Shown here: positions 11,801 to 23,009 of the stretch, piece after piece
How positions within the stretch are numbered: the first letter of the stretch is position 1
Layout of the letters: the number at the start of each line of letters is the position of its first letter
Assembly: GCA_002269645.1 (NCBI GenBank)
Contig: NIVC01003957.1
Span: forward strand, 1-64,000
Origin: Macrostomum lignano
Lineage: Eukaryota
Direction of reading: 5' to 3'
Length of the DNA: 64,000 nucleotides
Notes under the pieces: model-generated
What the model was told of the DNA's origin: nothing
The model's database searches: none
Seen by the model: only the letters and a program-made list of their open reading frames with translations
Made by a program: the position numbers and the translations under genes

Positions 11801-14625
11801 GCGCCCGAACTCGTGTGTTGAGGAGCTGTCAGGTGGACATGTCATGTGTTATTAGTCAGACATGTCAGGTGTTATTAGTCAGATATGTCAGGTGTTATTA
11901 GTCAGATATGTCAGGTGTTATTATTCAGATATGTCAGGTGTTATTAGTCAGACATGTCAGGTGTTATTAGTCAGACATGTCAGGTGTTATTAGTCAGACA
12001 TGTCAGGTGTTATTGGTCAGACATGTCAGGTGTTATTAGTCAGACATGTCATGTGTTATAAGTCAGACATTTCAGGTGTTATTGGTCAGACATGTCAGGT
12101 GTTATTGGTCAGACATGTCAGGTGTTATTAGTCAGACATGTCAGGTGTTATTAGTCAGACATGTCAGGTGTTATTGGTCAGACATGTCAGGTGTTATTAG
12201 TCAGACATGTCAGGTGTTATTGGTCAGACATTATTAGTCCGGCTTCCTCCACAATTCCAGGGCGAGACCGGCAAAGGGGGGCAAGTCGGACAGAAGGGCG
12301 AGCGCGGCCTGCCCGGACCACCCGGACAGAACGGCGCCAAAGGCTTGGCCGGAGCGCCCGGGAGCCCCGGCATGCGGGGGATCATTGGAGTGACCGGATT
12401 TGTCGGATTTAAGGTGAGGCGCCTGTGCTGAGGAAAATCTATGCTTATCGTTTTTTAATTTGGGCTTTATTAAATCCCATTCTAGTCCCGCCCAAATCCC
12501 ACTCGAATTCCAATCGAATCGTACTAAAATCCCACTTAAATCCCATTTAAATCCCACTCTAATCCCACTCTAATCCCACTCAAATCCCACTCAAATCCCA
12601 CTCAAATCCCACTTAAAATCCCTCTCGAATCCTACTCAAATACCACTTAAATCCTACTCAAATCCCACTCGAATCCCATCGAGTCCCACTCGAATCCCAC
12701 TCGAGTCCCATTCGAATCCCACTCGAATCCCACTCAAATCCCATTCGAATCCCACTCGAATCCCACTTTAATCCCGTTCGAATCCCACTCAAATCCCACT
12801 TAAATCCCGTTCGAATCCCATTCGAGTCCCATTCGAATCCCACTCGAATCCCACTCAAATCTCATTCGTATCCCAACCCACGCTCAAAGACCTCAATCTG
12901 CTCTCCAGGGCCAAATGGGCGCCATGGGGCCAACCGGCGCCCCGGGAGACGCCGGCGCCAAAGGCGCCACCGGAGCCGTCGGACCGCCCGGCGTGCCGGG
13001 CCTCAACGGGACCGCCGGAATCGACGGCGCCGACGGTTCGCGCGGCCCAGCCGGTCCGGCCGGTCCGAAAGGCGGCGTCGGCGCTCCAGGAGCGCGCGGC
13101 GCCGCTGGACCGCCTGGGGCGCCGGGGCCGGCCGGCGCGCTGGGGCCGAAAGGCGGCCAGGGCGCCAACGGTAGCCCAGGACCCGACGGGCCGCGTGGCG
13201 ACATCGGCGATCCCGGAGTGGTGGGCGACGCGGGCGGCCCCGGACAGAAGGGCGAAAATGGAAGCGCGGGTGGCCAGGGACTCACGGGGCCGCCCGCTGC
13301 CAGGGGGCCATTGGGAAGCCAGGTGAGTCTCGATAGCAACTGGGTGGTAACAAATTGTAATATATGGACGCCAAATATTTTTATCCCCTTTTGTATTTAT
13401 GTAGACAGATCTGTTTAAGTATCATTTGAATCTGCAAGATCATCAATGAAATTTATCTATCTAATGTGTCAATAGGTCAGTCAGGTTTTAAATTGATCAA
13501 TCAAATCCATTTATCAAGCAATCATTCAATCAAATTTATCAATTGATCAATCATTCAATCAAATTTATCAATTGATCAATCAATCATTCAATCAAATTTA
13601 TCAATTGATCAATCATTCAATCAAATTTATCAATTGATCAATCATTCAATCAAATTTATCAATTGATCAATCATTCAATCAAATTTATCAATTGATCAAT
13701 CAATCATTCAATCAAATTTATCAATTGATCAATCAATCATTCAATCAAATTTATCAATTGATCAATCAATCATTCAATCAAATTTATCAATTGATCAATC
13801 AATCATTCAATCAAATTTATCAATTGATCAATCATTCAATCAAATTTATCAATTGATCAATCAATCATTCAATCAAATTTATCAATTGATCAATCATTCA
13901 ATCAAATTTATCAATTGATCAATCAATCATTCAATCAAATTTATCAATTGATCAATCAATCATTCAATCAAATTTATCAATTGATCAATCATTCAATCAA
14001 ATTTATCAATTGATCAATCATTCAATCAAATTTATCAATTGATCAATCATTCAATCAAATTTATCAATGGATCAATCAACTTTATCAATCGATCAATTAA
14101 CTTTATCAATCGATCAATCAACGTTATCAATCCATCAATGAACGTTATCAATCGATCAATCAAATTTATCAATCGATCAATCAACGATAAAAAAATTAAT
14201 CAACTTGATCAATCAAATCAATCAACCAACGAAACCTCCTAAAGGGTCTGCAAGGCGAAGCCGGCTCGAACGGCACAGGGGGCAGCAAAGGCGAACGCGG
14301 CGAGCGAGGCGACAAAGGCGATCGGGGCGAGTCGGGCAAAAAAGGATCGTCCGTAAGTCGCCTTGTTGCTAGGCGGGCATTTTTTGGCATCGTACAATAA
14401 AAGAGGATTCTGTTCCCTCCCCCCACCAAAATCCCTGTCTGGCGCAGGGCGAGACGGGCGAGCCGGGCAAGCTGATCCGCTACGCTGCGCAGGGCCGCTC
14501 GCTGGGCGCCATTCTGTTCCCGGGCGACAAGGGACGGCCGGGAGAGAAGGGCCGGGCCGGACACAACGGCACTGACGGAGAGGCTGGCGACAGGGGCGTT
14601 CATGGGCCTACTGGAATGGCTGTGA

Positions 14626-14705
<80 letters not shown>

Positions 14706-14708
14706 TAG

Positions 14709-14741
<33 letters not shown>

Positions 14742-14777
14742 TAGTGTCTGTCTGTCTGTCAGTCTGTCTGTCTGTCA

Positions 14778-14821
<44 letters not shown>

Positions 14822-14869
14822 TAGTGTCTGTCTGTCTGTCAGTCTGTCAGTCTGTCAGTCTGTCAGTCA

Positions 14870-14921
<52 letters not shown>

Positions 14922-14964
14922 TAGTGTCTGTCTGTCTTAGTGTCTTAGTGTCTTATTGTCTTAG

Positions 14965-15016
<52 letters not shown>

Positions 15017-18000
15017 ATTCTGTCAATCCGCCTTCCCCAGGGTCCGGCTGGCAGCCCGGGGCAGCCGGGCCCCCCAGGCCCGCCGGGCAACAAAGGCCAG
15101 AAGGGCAGCCTCGGTCAGCGAGGCAAAACCGGTTCGGCGGGCAGTCCAGGATCGAAAGGCGCCACCGGATTTCCGGGTCCCAACGGAGCTGCCGGCGAAC
15201 CCGGACGGCCGGGCCCGGCGCCTCCGCCGGCCCCAGTTGGGGCGCCAGGCGAGCCCGGAGAGAAAGGCTTCCAGGGGCCGGATGGGCGGGACGGGCCGCG
15301 CGGAGCGCCAGGCTTCCCTGGTAAGCGCGGCGATGTCGGACCAGCTGGCGCCCCGGGCGAGACTGGCGCCAATGGTACGAGAGGCGCGAATGGCGACAGG
15401 GGCGCAAAAGGCGAGCGCGGCGCTTCCGGCACCACTGGCGCCCCGGGATCTCCGGGGGCGGATGGCGCTCCGGGTGGAACCGGCCTTAAGGGCGCCACCG
15501 GGCGCGAAGGAGCACGCGGAGTGATAGGAGACCCGGGGCACCAAGGCGAGAAGGGAGAGAAGGGACCTGCCGGTAAAACAGGTCTCAAGGGCGAGACTGG
15601 CGAGAGCGGCGTTCGCGGGCCACAGGTAAATTTAATTCTATTCCACGTCACTCACTCTCCGTCTCCATTCCTACCCCAGACTGCCCCACCTCACTCCCCG
15701 TCTCCATTCCTACCCCAGACTGCCCCACCTCACTCCCCGTCTGCATTCCTACCCCAGCCTGCCTCCACCTCACTCCATGTCTCTATTTCTACCCCAGCCT
15801 GCCCCCACCTCACTCTCCGTCTCCAATCCTACCCCAGCCTGCCTTCACCTCAATCCATGTCTCTATGTCTACCCTAGCCAGCCCCCACCTCACTCCCCGT
15901 CTCCAATCCTTCCCCAGCCTGCCTCCACCTCACTCCATGTCTCTATTTCTACCCTAGCCAGCCCCCACCTCACTCCCCGTCTCCATTCCTACCCCAGCCT
16001 GCCCTCACCTCAATCCATGTCTCTATTTCTACCCCAGCCTGCCCCCACCTCACTCTACGTCTCCATTCCTACCCCCGCCTGCCTCCACCTCACTCCTAAC
16101 CCATATTAATAAACCAATTGAAAAACTTCCCGCCTACCATACCGGACCCTTTCAGGGAACTCTAGGACCCCGCGGCTCCCCGGGGCCAGCTGGCGTCAAA
16201 GGCCAGCAGGGCCGCACAGGCGACCCCGGTAGCCGCGGTAAAGACGGAAAAATCGGCGAGGCTGGAATGAACGGCACGGCCGGTCCGCAAGGCGCCAAAG
16301 GCCAGCTGGGCGGCCGGGGCCCACGCGGTCCCGCCGGACCGGCCGGAGACGAGGGCCCGAACGGGACGCAGGGCCGGGTCGGCGATGCAGGCGAGCGTGG
16401 GCCGGTCGGACCTGAGGGCAAGCCGGGCGACACTGGCGCGCCTGGCTGGCCGGGCCCGATCGGCAACAACGGCGTGGCCGGGCCCATGGGGCACCAAGGC
16501 GACGCTGGCGATCCCGGCGAGAAAGGATTCGAGGGCGACGCCGGCTACAGGGGAGAGCGGGGTCATCCGGGTCACCGGGGCAATCCCGGTCCCAGGGGAA
16601 TCACCGGCCAGCCCGGTCCGAAGGGCGAGAAGGGCCCGCAGGTGGGTGCACTGGTGCTGATGTTGGAGTTTGAGAGTGTTGTGGGTTGATGGCTTTGCCA
16701 TAGACATTTTTGTTACGCGACTGCGTTGATGAATTGAACCATGCTATTGAGTTATGAAATAAATAATAGACGCGTCAGAGGTCAACAGACCGCTAGACTG
16801 ACAATTGCTAAAGGCTAAAGCCAAAAGCACAACAGTGGCGTCGGCAAGCATAGGCTACGAAAATGCCTGGAAGTACGCCAGCATCGCCAACTAAAAGAGT
16901 TGGTAAAACGGTTTCGAGCGACAAAGCACCACCGCTTGCGATCTCGTCGAAATCAGTCCAAGCGACAAAGTCGGCAACAGCGACAGCGCAGAACCCAAGC
17001 GCACAAGTATCGAGAGGACAGCAAGTTGACATCGAAAAACTCGATGAAAGTTCGAACTTCCAGAGGTGGTTGGACCGATTCACACTGTGCAGCGAACTCA
17101 ACGGCTGGCAGGACGACACGAAAAACAAGCTGCTGCTGATGAAGCTCAGCACCAAGCTGTACGACGCATTGGCAGATCGAGCCGCTCCCAAGAAGCCGGG
17201 AGAAAAGAGCTTCGATGAACTGACCAAACTACTGGCCAGCATCCTGGAACCAAAGACGTTCGTCATGGCTGAGAGATTCAATTTCCAGCATATCACTCGC
17301 ACGGCATCAATGAGCATTCGTGAGTATGCACAGCAACTCTGCATGCAGGCAGACAAGTGTCAGTTTGGCCTATCCAGAGATGAGAGACTGAGAGATCAGC
17401 TCGTATTCGGTTTGAATGACAAGGTGGCCATCAGCAAGTTATTGGAACAGGACTTCAGCACTCTCACGTTTGAGACAGCTATCAACATCGCTGAGGCGCA
17501 CCAGAACATATCACAAACGCAAATACTAAAGGGTTGCACCAGTCAGCCGCAGTCTTCTGAAGTAATGAAAATTTCAGCATCGGTGGCCAGAGGCTCCCAC
17601 TCTACAAGCTCCAAGTGTGGCAGATGTGGCACAATGCATGGCTCCAATGGAGGGTGTCCTGCGAAAGGAAAAACGTGCAACAAATGTGGCATGCAAAACC
17701 ACTTCGCAACAGTTTGCAAAACGAAATCAACTGGTTTTGGCAAAGGCCGAAAATCGTTCAAAATCCCGTCAGCATCTGGTCAATTTAGGCGAGCTGCAGT
17801 GTGCCCAAGGACCACAAGCTTTGTAGATGCAAGCGAAGCTGAACAGGAGGATTGTTTTCACATTCGACATCCCGTTGATAGCTACACCGTGCCTGTTAGG
17901 CTCAGACACACGAGCGGGTCGATGCTTAGCGTGAACGCACAAATCGATACTGGGGCAGGAGTTTCGGTAATGTCAAAAACGATCTGGAAACGATTGGGTT

Positions 18001-21000
18001 GTCCAAAGCTGACACCTACAGACACTGTTCTGACAACATACGCTGATACGCAGATGAAGGTCTTTGGAACACACGACACTGAGTTGGAGTACAATGATGA
18101 GTTCATTCCAATCACATTCTTCATTGTGGAATCGCAGAGGAACTTTGTTCTGGTTGGCCGAGACAAGCTCAATTTCACGCTAAACGCTGTAGACAACAGC
18201 TGCACATCGGCAACCCAGTCATGCGAATTTCCACCAGTAACTCTTAAGATCAAGGAAGGAACCACTCCAATTCATTGCAAACCCAGGCCGCTACCCTTCG
18301 CACTCAGACAGGGAGTCAAGGATGAAATCGATCGGTTGCTTGAAGAAGACACCATCAAGCCCGTCAAGTTCAGTGAATGGGCCTCACCAATTGTCGTGGT
18401 CAAGAAACCTTCTGGAAAGCTCAGACTTTGCGTCGACTACAAGGTGACAATCAATTCTCATCTTATCAACGATTCATATCCGATGCCTGCACCTGACGAA
18501 GTGATTGCAACTGCTGCTGGCAGCCGGATATACACTCGTCTGGACCTAGAGAAAGCTTATCACCAGATCCCACTAGATGAAGCTTCCAAAGAGCTGACAG
18601 TAATGTCAACACCATTTGGGATGTTCGCTTTCAACAAGCTTCCGTTCGGAGTGAAAACAGCACCTGCGATCTTCCAGCGGTACATTAGCCAAGTCCTACA
18701 AGGAATTCCTGGCGTCATTGCCTACGTAGACGACATATTGATATGCGGCAAAGGCGTAGAACAATTGGCAGTTCGTGAGACGGAAGTATTGCATCGACTA
18801 AACCAGCAAGGATTGAAGATCAACACGGCGAAAAGTGAATTCCGCAAGACTTCGATCAAGTTTCTAGGCTACTTATTGGAAGGAGATCAGCTCAAGCCGG
18901 ACCCAGCCAAAGTGAAGGCAATCCAGGACATGACACCACCGCAGAACGTTGGCGAGCTTGAATCTTTCCTGGGTCTCGTAAATTTTAGCGGCAAGTTCAT
19001 CAGAAACCTAGCTGCACTGACCAAGCCTCTCAATCGACTAAGAAAGAAAAATGAGGACTTCGTGTGGACAAAGGAGTGTCAAATAGCATTTGACGAAATC
19101 AAGGTCACTCTCTCTGATCAATCGAGTCTTCAAATATTTGATCCGGAGAAGCCCATTGAACTGGAATGCGACAGTTCTCAGCGAGCTCTGGGCGGAGTGT
19201 TGACACAAAGCGGTCAAGTCGTGCTGTACATGAGCAAGACTCTGTCTGACGCCGAAACAAAATATTCGCAAATAGAGCGTGAAGGCCTGGCACTGGTTTG
19301 GTGCATTCAAAGATGCCATCGGTTCTTGTATGGCCGGAGGTTCACACTGATAACTGATCACCGGCCCCTCACATACATATTCGCGCCAGACAAACAGCTG
19401 CCCACCAGAGTTTCAGCTCGACTACAACGATGGGCAATCATGCTAGCTGCTTATGACTATGTCATACAGTATCGACCATCAAAGCTAATGCTGTCGGATG
19501 CGCTATCTCGACTGGTGCCCGCTAAGCCGAATGCACAGACAGCATCGATCGGACTCCTCGAAGCTGACAACCCGGGAGTAATTCAGCTGGATCGCATTGC
19601 ACACGCAACCAGAGAGGACCCGGAGTTCAGATGCCTGGGCGCAGCCATAATTAACAATAATCTATTTGACGACCCACACCTACTCAGCTACTCGAAGGTT
19701 CAAGATGAGCTAACTGTCAATGATGGAATTATTTACAGAATGAACAGAATTGTATTGCCTCGTGTCCTGAGAGAAACTGCCCTGGCAGCTGTACACTCAA
19801 CGCACCTTGGGGTGGAAAAGTCAAAGTCAATTTTGAGGGAACAGTTCTGGTGGCCACAGATGGACCGTGACATCGCTGACTACATTGGACGATGCAACGT
19901 GTGCAACGCGTACAAGTCCAGAAATAAGAACTTTCGGCACTCGTGGCCAGAACCTGACAACCCCTGGGAGCGAGTGCACATTGATTTTGCCGGTCCGATA
20001 GAGGGCAAGTACCTACTCATCATTGTGGATGCGCACTCGAGCTACCCGGAAGTCTTCATCACGAGCGACATGAAGGCCGACACAGTCATTTCCAGACTTA
20101 AAGATTGTTCTCACAACAGGGGGTGCCCAAGTGTCTCGTGTCAGACAACGGCCCTAGTTTTGTGAGCGAAGCGGTGACCGGCTGGCTCACCCAGATTGGC
20201 TGTTCGCACATCACAACGCCCGCCTACCATCCACAGAGCAACGGCATTGCAGAGCGAATGGTGCGAACCGTCAAAGAGACAATCAAGACCAATGGTTTAT
20301 CCCAAAGAAGTATTGACAGATTTCTACTGTTCTACAGAGCTGCCAAAGGGAAGCAGCAAGCATCACCATCCGCGTTGTTGAACGGCAGACAAATAAGACT
20401 CCCCATCTCGGAGAGCAGCACTCAGTCCAAGTGGATCCCAGGAGAATCACTCATCTACCGTGCATCGAGTTCTCATGAGCCACGAACTGTGAGATTCGCC
20501 AAAATGCTTGGCAGCAACACAGCAGTCGTCACCACAGAGACTGGACGAAATCTAAAGACCCACCTCGATCAACTACGAATCGGTGAGGTACCTGAGGCTC
20601 ACGGAACTACGGAAATGGGGGATTCCAAGCCCGGTGGCAGCAGTCCAAGTGACGACGGCCAACAGACGCGTCCGTCATCGACAGACACTGAGATACTACC
20701 GGGAACAGAACAAGCTGAGAGAGCACAACAGCAACAGACTGAGGTTGGAGTTCAATCCAAGCCGTCACCCAGGCGAAGCGAACGCTTGGCCAAGAAAACT
20801 AGAATTTTTTATCGCACCTGAGTGATAATTGTACACCTACCTATAGAAGAGGGAGGGTGTTGTGGGTTGATGGCTTTGCCATAGACATTTTTGTTACGCG
20901 ACTGCGTTGATGAATTGAACCATGCTATTGAGTTATGAAATAAATAATAGACGCGTCAGAGGTCAACAGACCGCTAGACTGACAATTGCTAAAGGCTAAA

Positions 21001-23009
21001 GCCAAAAGCACAACAGAGAGTCTCAGTGCGCAGTCACTTACAGTCGCTGTACACCCTGTGACACCCCGGCAAAAAAGAGTAATTAAATGAGAGGCGGTAT
21101 AGCGCGGGGGGTTGGCGCCACGGGACTGATAGCAAAGGTCAACAAGATGGGTGGATGACTTAAAAGCAGATCGATAATTTTTTAGATAAACATGTACATT
21201 GCTGGGGATAGGAGGAAGGGACAGAAATGGGAGAGAGAGAGCGCACGCGCGATTTTCGTGTCCTAGCCTCTGCACACCGTCCTATACACACACCCCATGA
21301 TTCATGGCCGCTGAACATGTATGTACACTCCGCCGCTGTACATGTATGCACACTCCGCCGCTGAACACTTAGCCAACCCGTCCCAATAACTGCAGGGCTA
21401 CCGCGGTCCCAAAGGTCCCGAAGGTCACCGCGGTCCGCCCGGACCGATGGCCAGCGCAGGAGGCAGTGGCGGCGGCGGCGGCTTCCTGCAGGCGGACGGG
21501 GCGCCCGCCGTCCGTGACCTGGCGTTCGGCCGGCCGGCCGCTGGCGCCAGCGACGGCAGCCGGACGCGGCCGGGCCGCACCTGCGCCCAGCTGTTCCGGG
21601 ACCGGCCAGGCCTGACCAGCGGCCGCTACTGGCTGGACCCGAACGGCGGCCGGGCTGACGACGCCCTGCCGTTCCAGTGCCGACGGGACACCGGCGAGAC
21701 CTGCGTGCCGGCCAAGAGACCCGGATTCCGGCTCGCCAGCTGGTTCAGCAGGCCGCTGACTGGCCCAGCCTGGTTTGTTGAGGAGGCGCTCAACCAGGGG
21801 GATGTGAGTGACCTTAATGTTAACCTCAGCGTTGACATTAGCGCTGACCTTAAAATTGACCTAAAATTGACCTTTGGCTTTGACCTTAACACTGATATTA
21901 GCGTTGACCTTAGGATTAAGTTTAGCATTGGTATTAGGTCTTCACATTGACCTTAGCTTTCACCTTAGCTTTTGATATCTTAGTTTTTCTTGCACCGTAG
22001 TCTTTTGCTATAACGTTAAGCTTAACATTCGTATTACAAACTCATCCCGATATTAATGGCCTTCACCTAAGAAAAAATTTCAGAAATCTAAGCCTTGAAT
22101 AATTGGCCTGACGTACATTTGCTTCTTTTGCCTCTATTTTGAAGCAATGCCATACGAGCCGTACCTCTATTTACCTCTATACGTGTATAACAGCCCTAAT
22201 TCTTCATCCTCATCCCCAGCTGCTGTACGAAGTCGAGGGCAGCCAGCTCAACCATCTGAAGCGGCTCAGCGGCCGCGCCCGCCAACTAATTAACATCGGC
22301 TGCACCAACTTCAGCGTGGTATTCAGCGAGGCCAGCGGCGACTACAGCCGGGCAGTGCGACTGTTGGCCGACAACGACGAGGTCCTGATGTACCGGGACA
22401 GGAAGCACCGCTACCGAGTCATCAGCGACGGCTGCAAGGTGAGCCTTTAACCTCTGGACACCCACCTCACGCCCTATCCCAACCCCCCCATTCTTTCTTG
22501 CCAGGACCCCTAGACACTCACCTCCATTCTTTCTTTCCACTCCTAGCCCTAGCCCACCTCACGCCCTATCCCAACCCCCATTCTTTCTTGCCACTCCTAC
22601 CCCTAGACACCCACCTCACGCCCTATCCAACCAACCCCAATTCCTGCTTGCCACTCCTACCCCTAGATACCCACCTCACGCCCTGGCCCAACCCCCATTC
22701 TTTCTTGCCACTCCTCACCCACCTCACGCCCTATCCAGCCAACCCCAATTCCTGCTTGCCACTCCTACCCCCTAGACACCCATCTCACGCCCTATCATAA
22801 CCCCCATTCTTTCTTGTCACGATTTTTGTAACTGTGACCACAATAATATTTCGCCAATACAGTCGAGCACCCCGAGAAAGTCATCGCTAACCCAGCTGGA
22901 GGTAGCGGGTCGACCGCACTTGCTGCCGCTGCGGGACATACAACTGCGAGAGGTCGGTCAGCCGGGCCAAGCCTTCGGCCTTGAGATTGGCCAGGCGTGC
23001 TTTGTTTGA
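5865..23009 (+). CDS. Fibrillar collagen alpha chain (signal peptide, VWC, Thr-rich segment, ~1009-aa triple-helical region, COLFI)
   Basis: Exons joined by GT-AG with consistent phase: 5865-5928 ([21 protein letters not shown]), 6680-6865 (VWC: CSYNG..PCQDCFC..C..C..C..GECCPVC), 7973-8016, 8124-8300 (Thr-rich), 8926-9727, 11476-11798, 12261-12413, 12909-13322, 14245-14352 (108 bp), 14448-14621, 15041-15625, 16156-16641, 21396-21803, 22220-22438, 22863-23009. COLFI motifs: [46 protein letters not shown]. Confidence 0.95.
6070..6570. repeat. Intronic tandem repeat, 75-bp unit
   Basis: actctta recurs at 6081, 6156, 6231 and onward; about 6.5 copies in collagen intron 1. Confidence 0.9.
6991..7925. 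repeat. Intronic minisatellite, 20-bp unit (gggtgagattc[ag]gcatcaat)
   Basis: About 46 tandem copies in collagen intron 2. Confidence 0.95.
8390..8920. repeat. Intronic minisatellite, 21-bp unit (aatgtacattcatcctcaacc)
   Basis: Tandem copies run up to the acceptor at 8924-25; they account for the MYIHPQP ORF. Confidence 0.95.
9880..11385. repeat. Intronic G-rich minisatellite, 11-bp unit (atggggataga), with an internal ~502-bp duplication
   Basis: Tandem copies; the diagnostic variants tgcaatg (10124, 10626) and ctatgggg (10321, 10823) recur at an offset of 502. Confidence 0.95.
11830..12240. repeat. Intronic minisatellite, 23-bp unit (gtcagacatgtcaggtgttatta)
   Basis: About 17 tandem copies. 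Confidence 0.95.
12470..12875. repeat. Intronic minisatellite, 10-11-bp unit (aatcccactc[g])
   Basis: Degenerate tandem copies. Confidence 0.9.
13490..14225. repeat. Intronic AT-rich minisatellite, 29/33-bp unit (caatcaaatttatcaattgatcaatcatt)
   Basis: Tandem copies with a variable caat insertion. Confidence 0.95.
14628..15015. repeat. (TCTG)n microsatellite filling a collagen intron
   Basis: Starts immediately after the donor at 14622 and runs nearly to the acceptor. Confidence 0.95.
15645..16100. repeat. Intronic C-rich degenerate tandem repeat (~40-bp unit)
   Basis: Recurrent ccccacctcactccccgtctccattcctaccccag. Confidence 0.85.
16677..16834 (+). repeat. 5' LTR (158 bp)
   Basis: TG...CA ends, AATAAA at 16758-63; identical to 20858-21015. 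Confidence 0.97.
16836..16848 (+). other. Primer-binding site (TGGCGTCGGCAAG)
   Basis: Begins with TGG (complement of tRNA 3' CCA) 1 nt after the LTR; primer tRNA not assigned. Confidence 0.7.
16863..20821 (+). CDS. Gag-Pol polyprotein, split by a single-base deletion at ~20100-20102
   Basis: ORF 16863-20165: gag [18 protein letters not shown], zinc knuckles C-x2-C-x3-H-x5-C and C-x2-C-x4-H-x4-C, protease [18 protein letters not shown] and YVDD, RNase [22 protein letters not shown], integrase H-x3-H..C-x2-C and IDFAGP. It continues in ORF 20105-20821 with SDNGP and NGIAER. Confidence 0.93.
20845..20857 (+). other. Polypurine tract
   Basis: AGAAGAGGGAGGG immediately before the 3' LTR. Confidence 0.9.
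20858..21015 (+). repeat. 3' LTR (158 bp)
   Basis: Identical to the 5' LTR; followed by the TSD GAGAG. Confidence 0.97.
22446..22815. repeat. Intronic degenerate C-rich tandem repeat
   Basis: Recurrent cacccacctcacgccctatccaaccccc/cattctttcttgccactcct blocks. Confidence 0.8.

Larger units (their letters stand above)
16677..21015 (+). mobile_element. Full-length, very recent Ty3/Gypsy (Mag-like) LTR retrotransposon, 4339 bp, inserted in the collagen intron 16642-21395
   Basis: Two 158-bp LTRs (TGTTG...CAACA), identical by eye; 5-bp TSD GAGAG (16672-76, 21016-20); PBS-like TGGCGTCGGCAAG after the 5' LTR; PPT AGAAGAGGGAGGG before the 3' LTR; domain order gag-PR-RT-RH-IN. Confidence 0.97.

Noticed and set aside
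8947-16707. Long antisense Pro/Gly-rich ORFs over the collagen exons
   Set aside because: They are shadow ORFs of GC-rich Gly-X-Y codons.
20097-20107. Programmed ribosomal frameshift in the retrotransposon
   Set aside because: The break is in the integrase core rather than at the gag/pol junction, there is no slippery heptamer, and a single-A restoration explains it.
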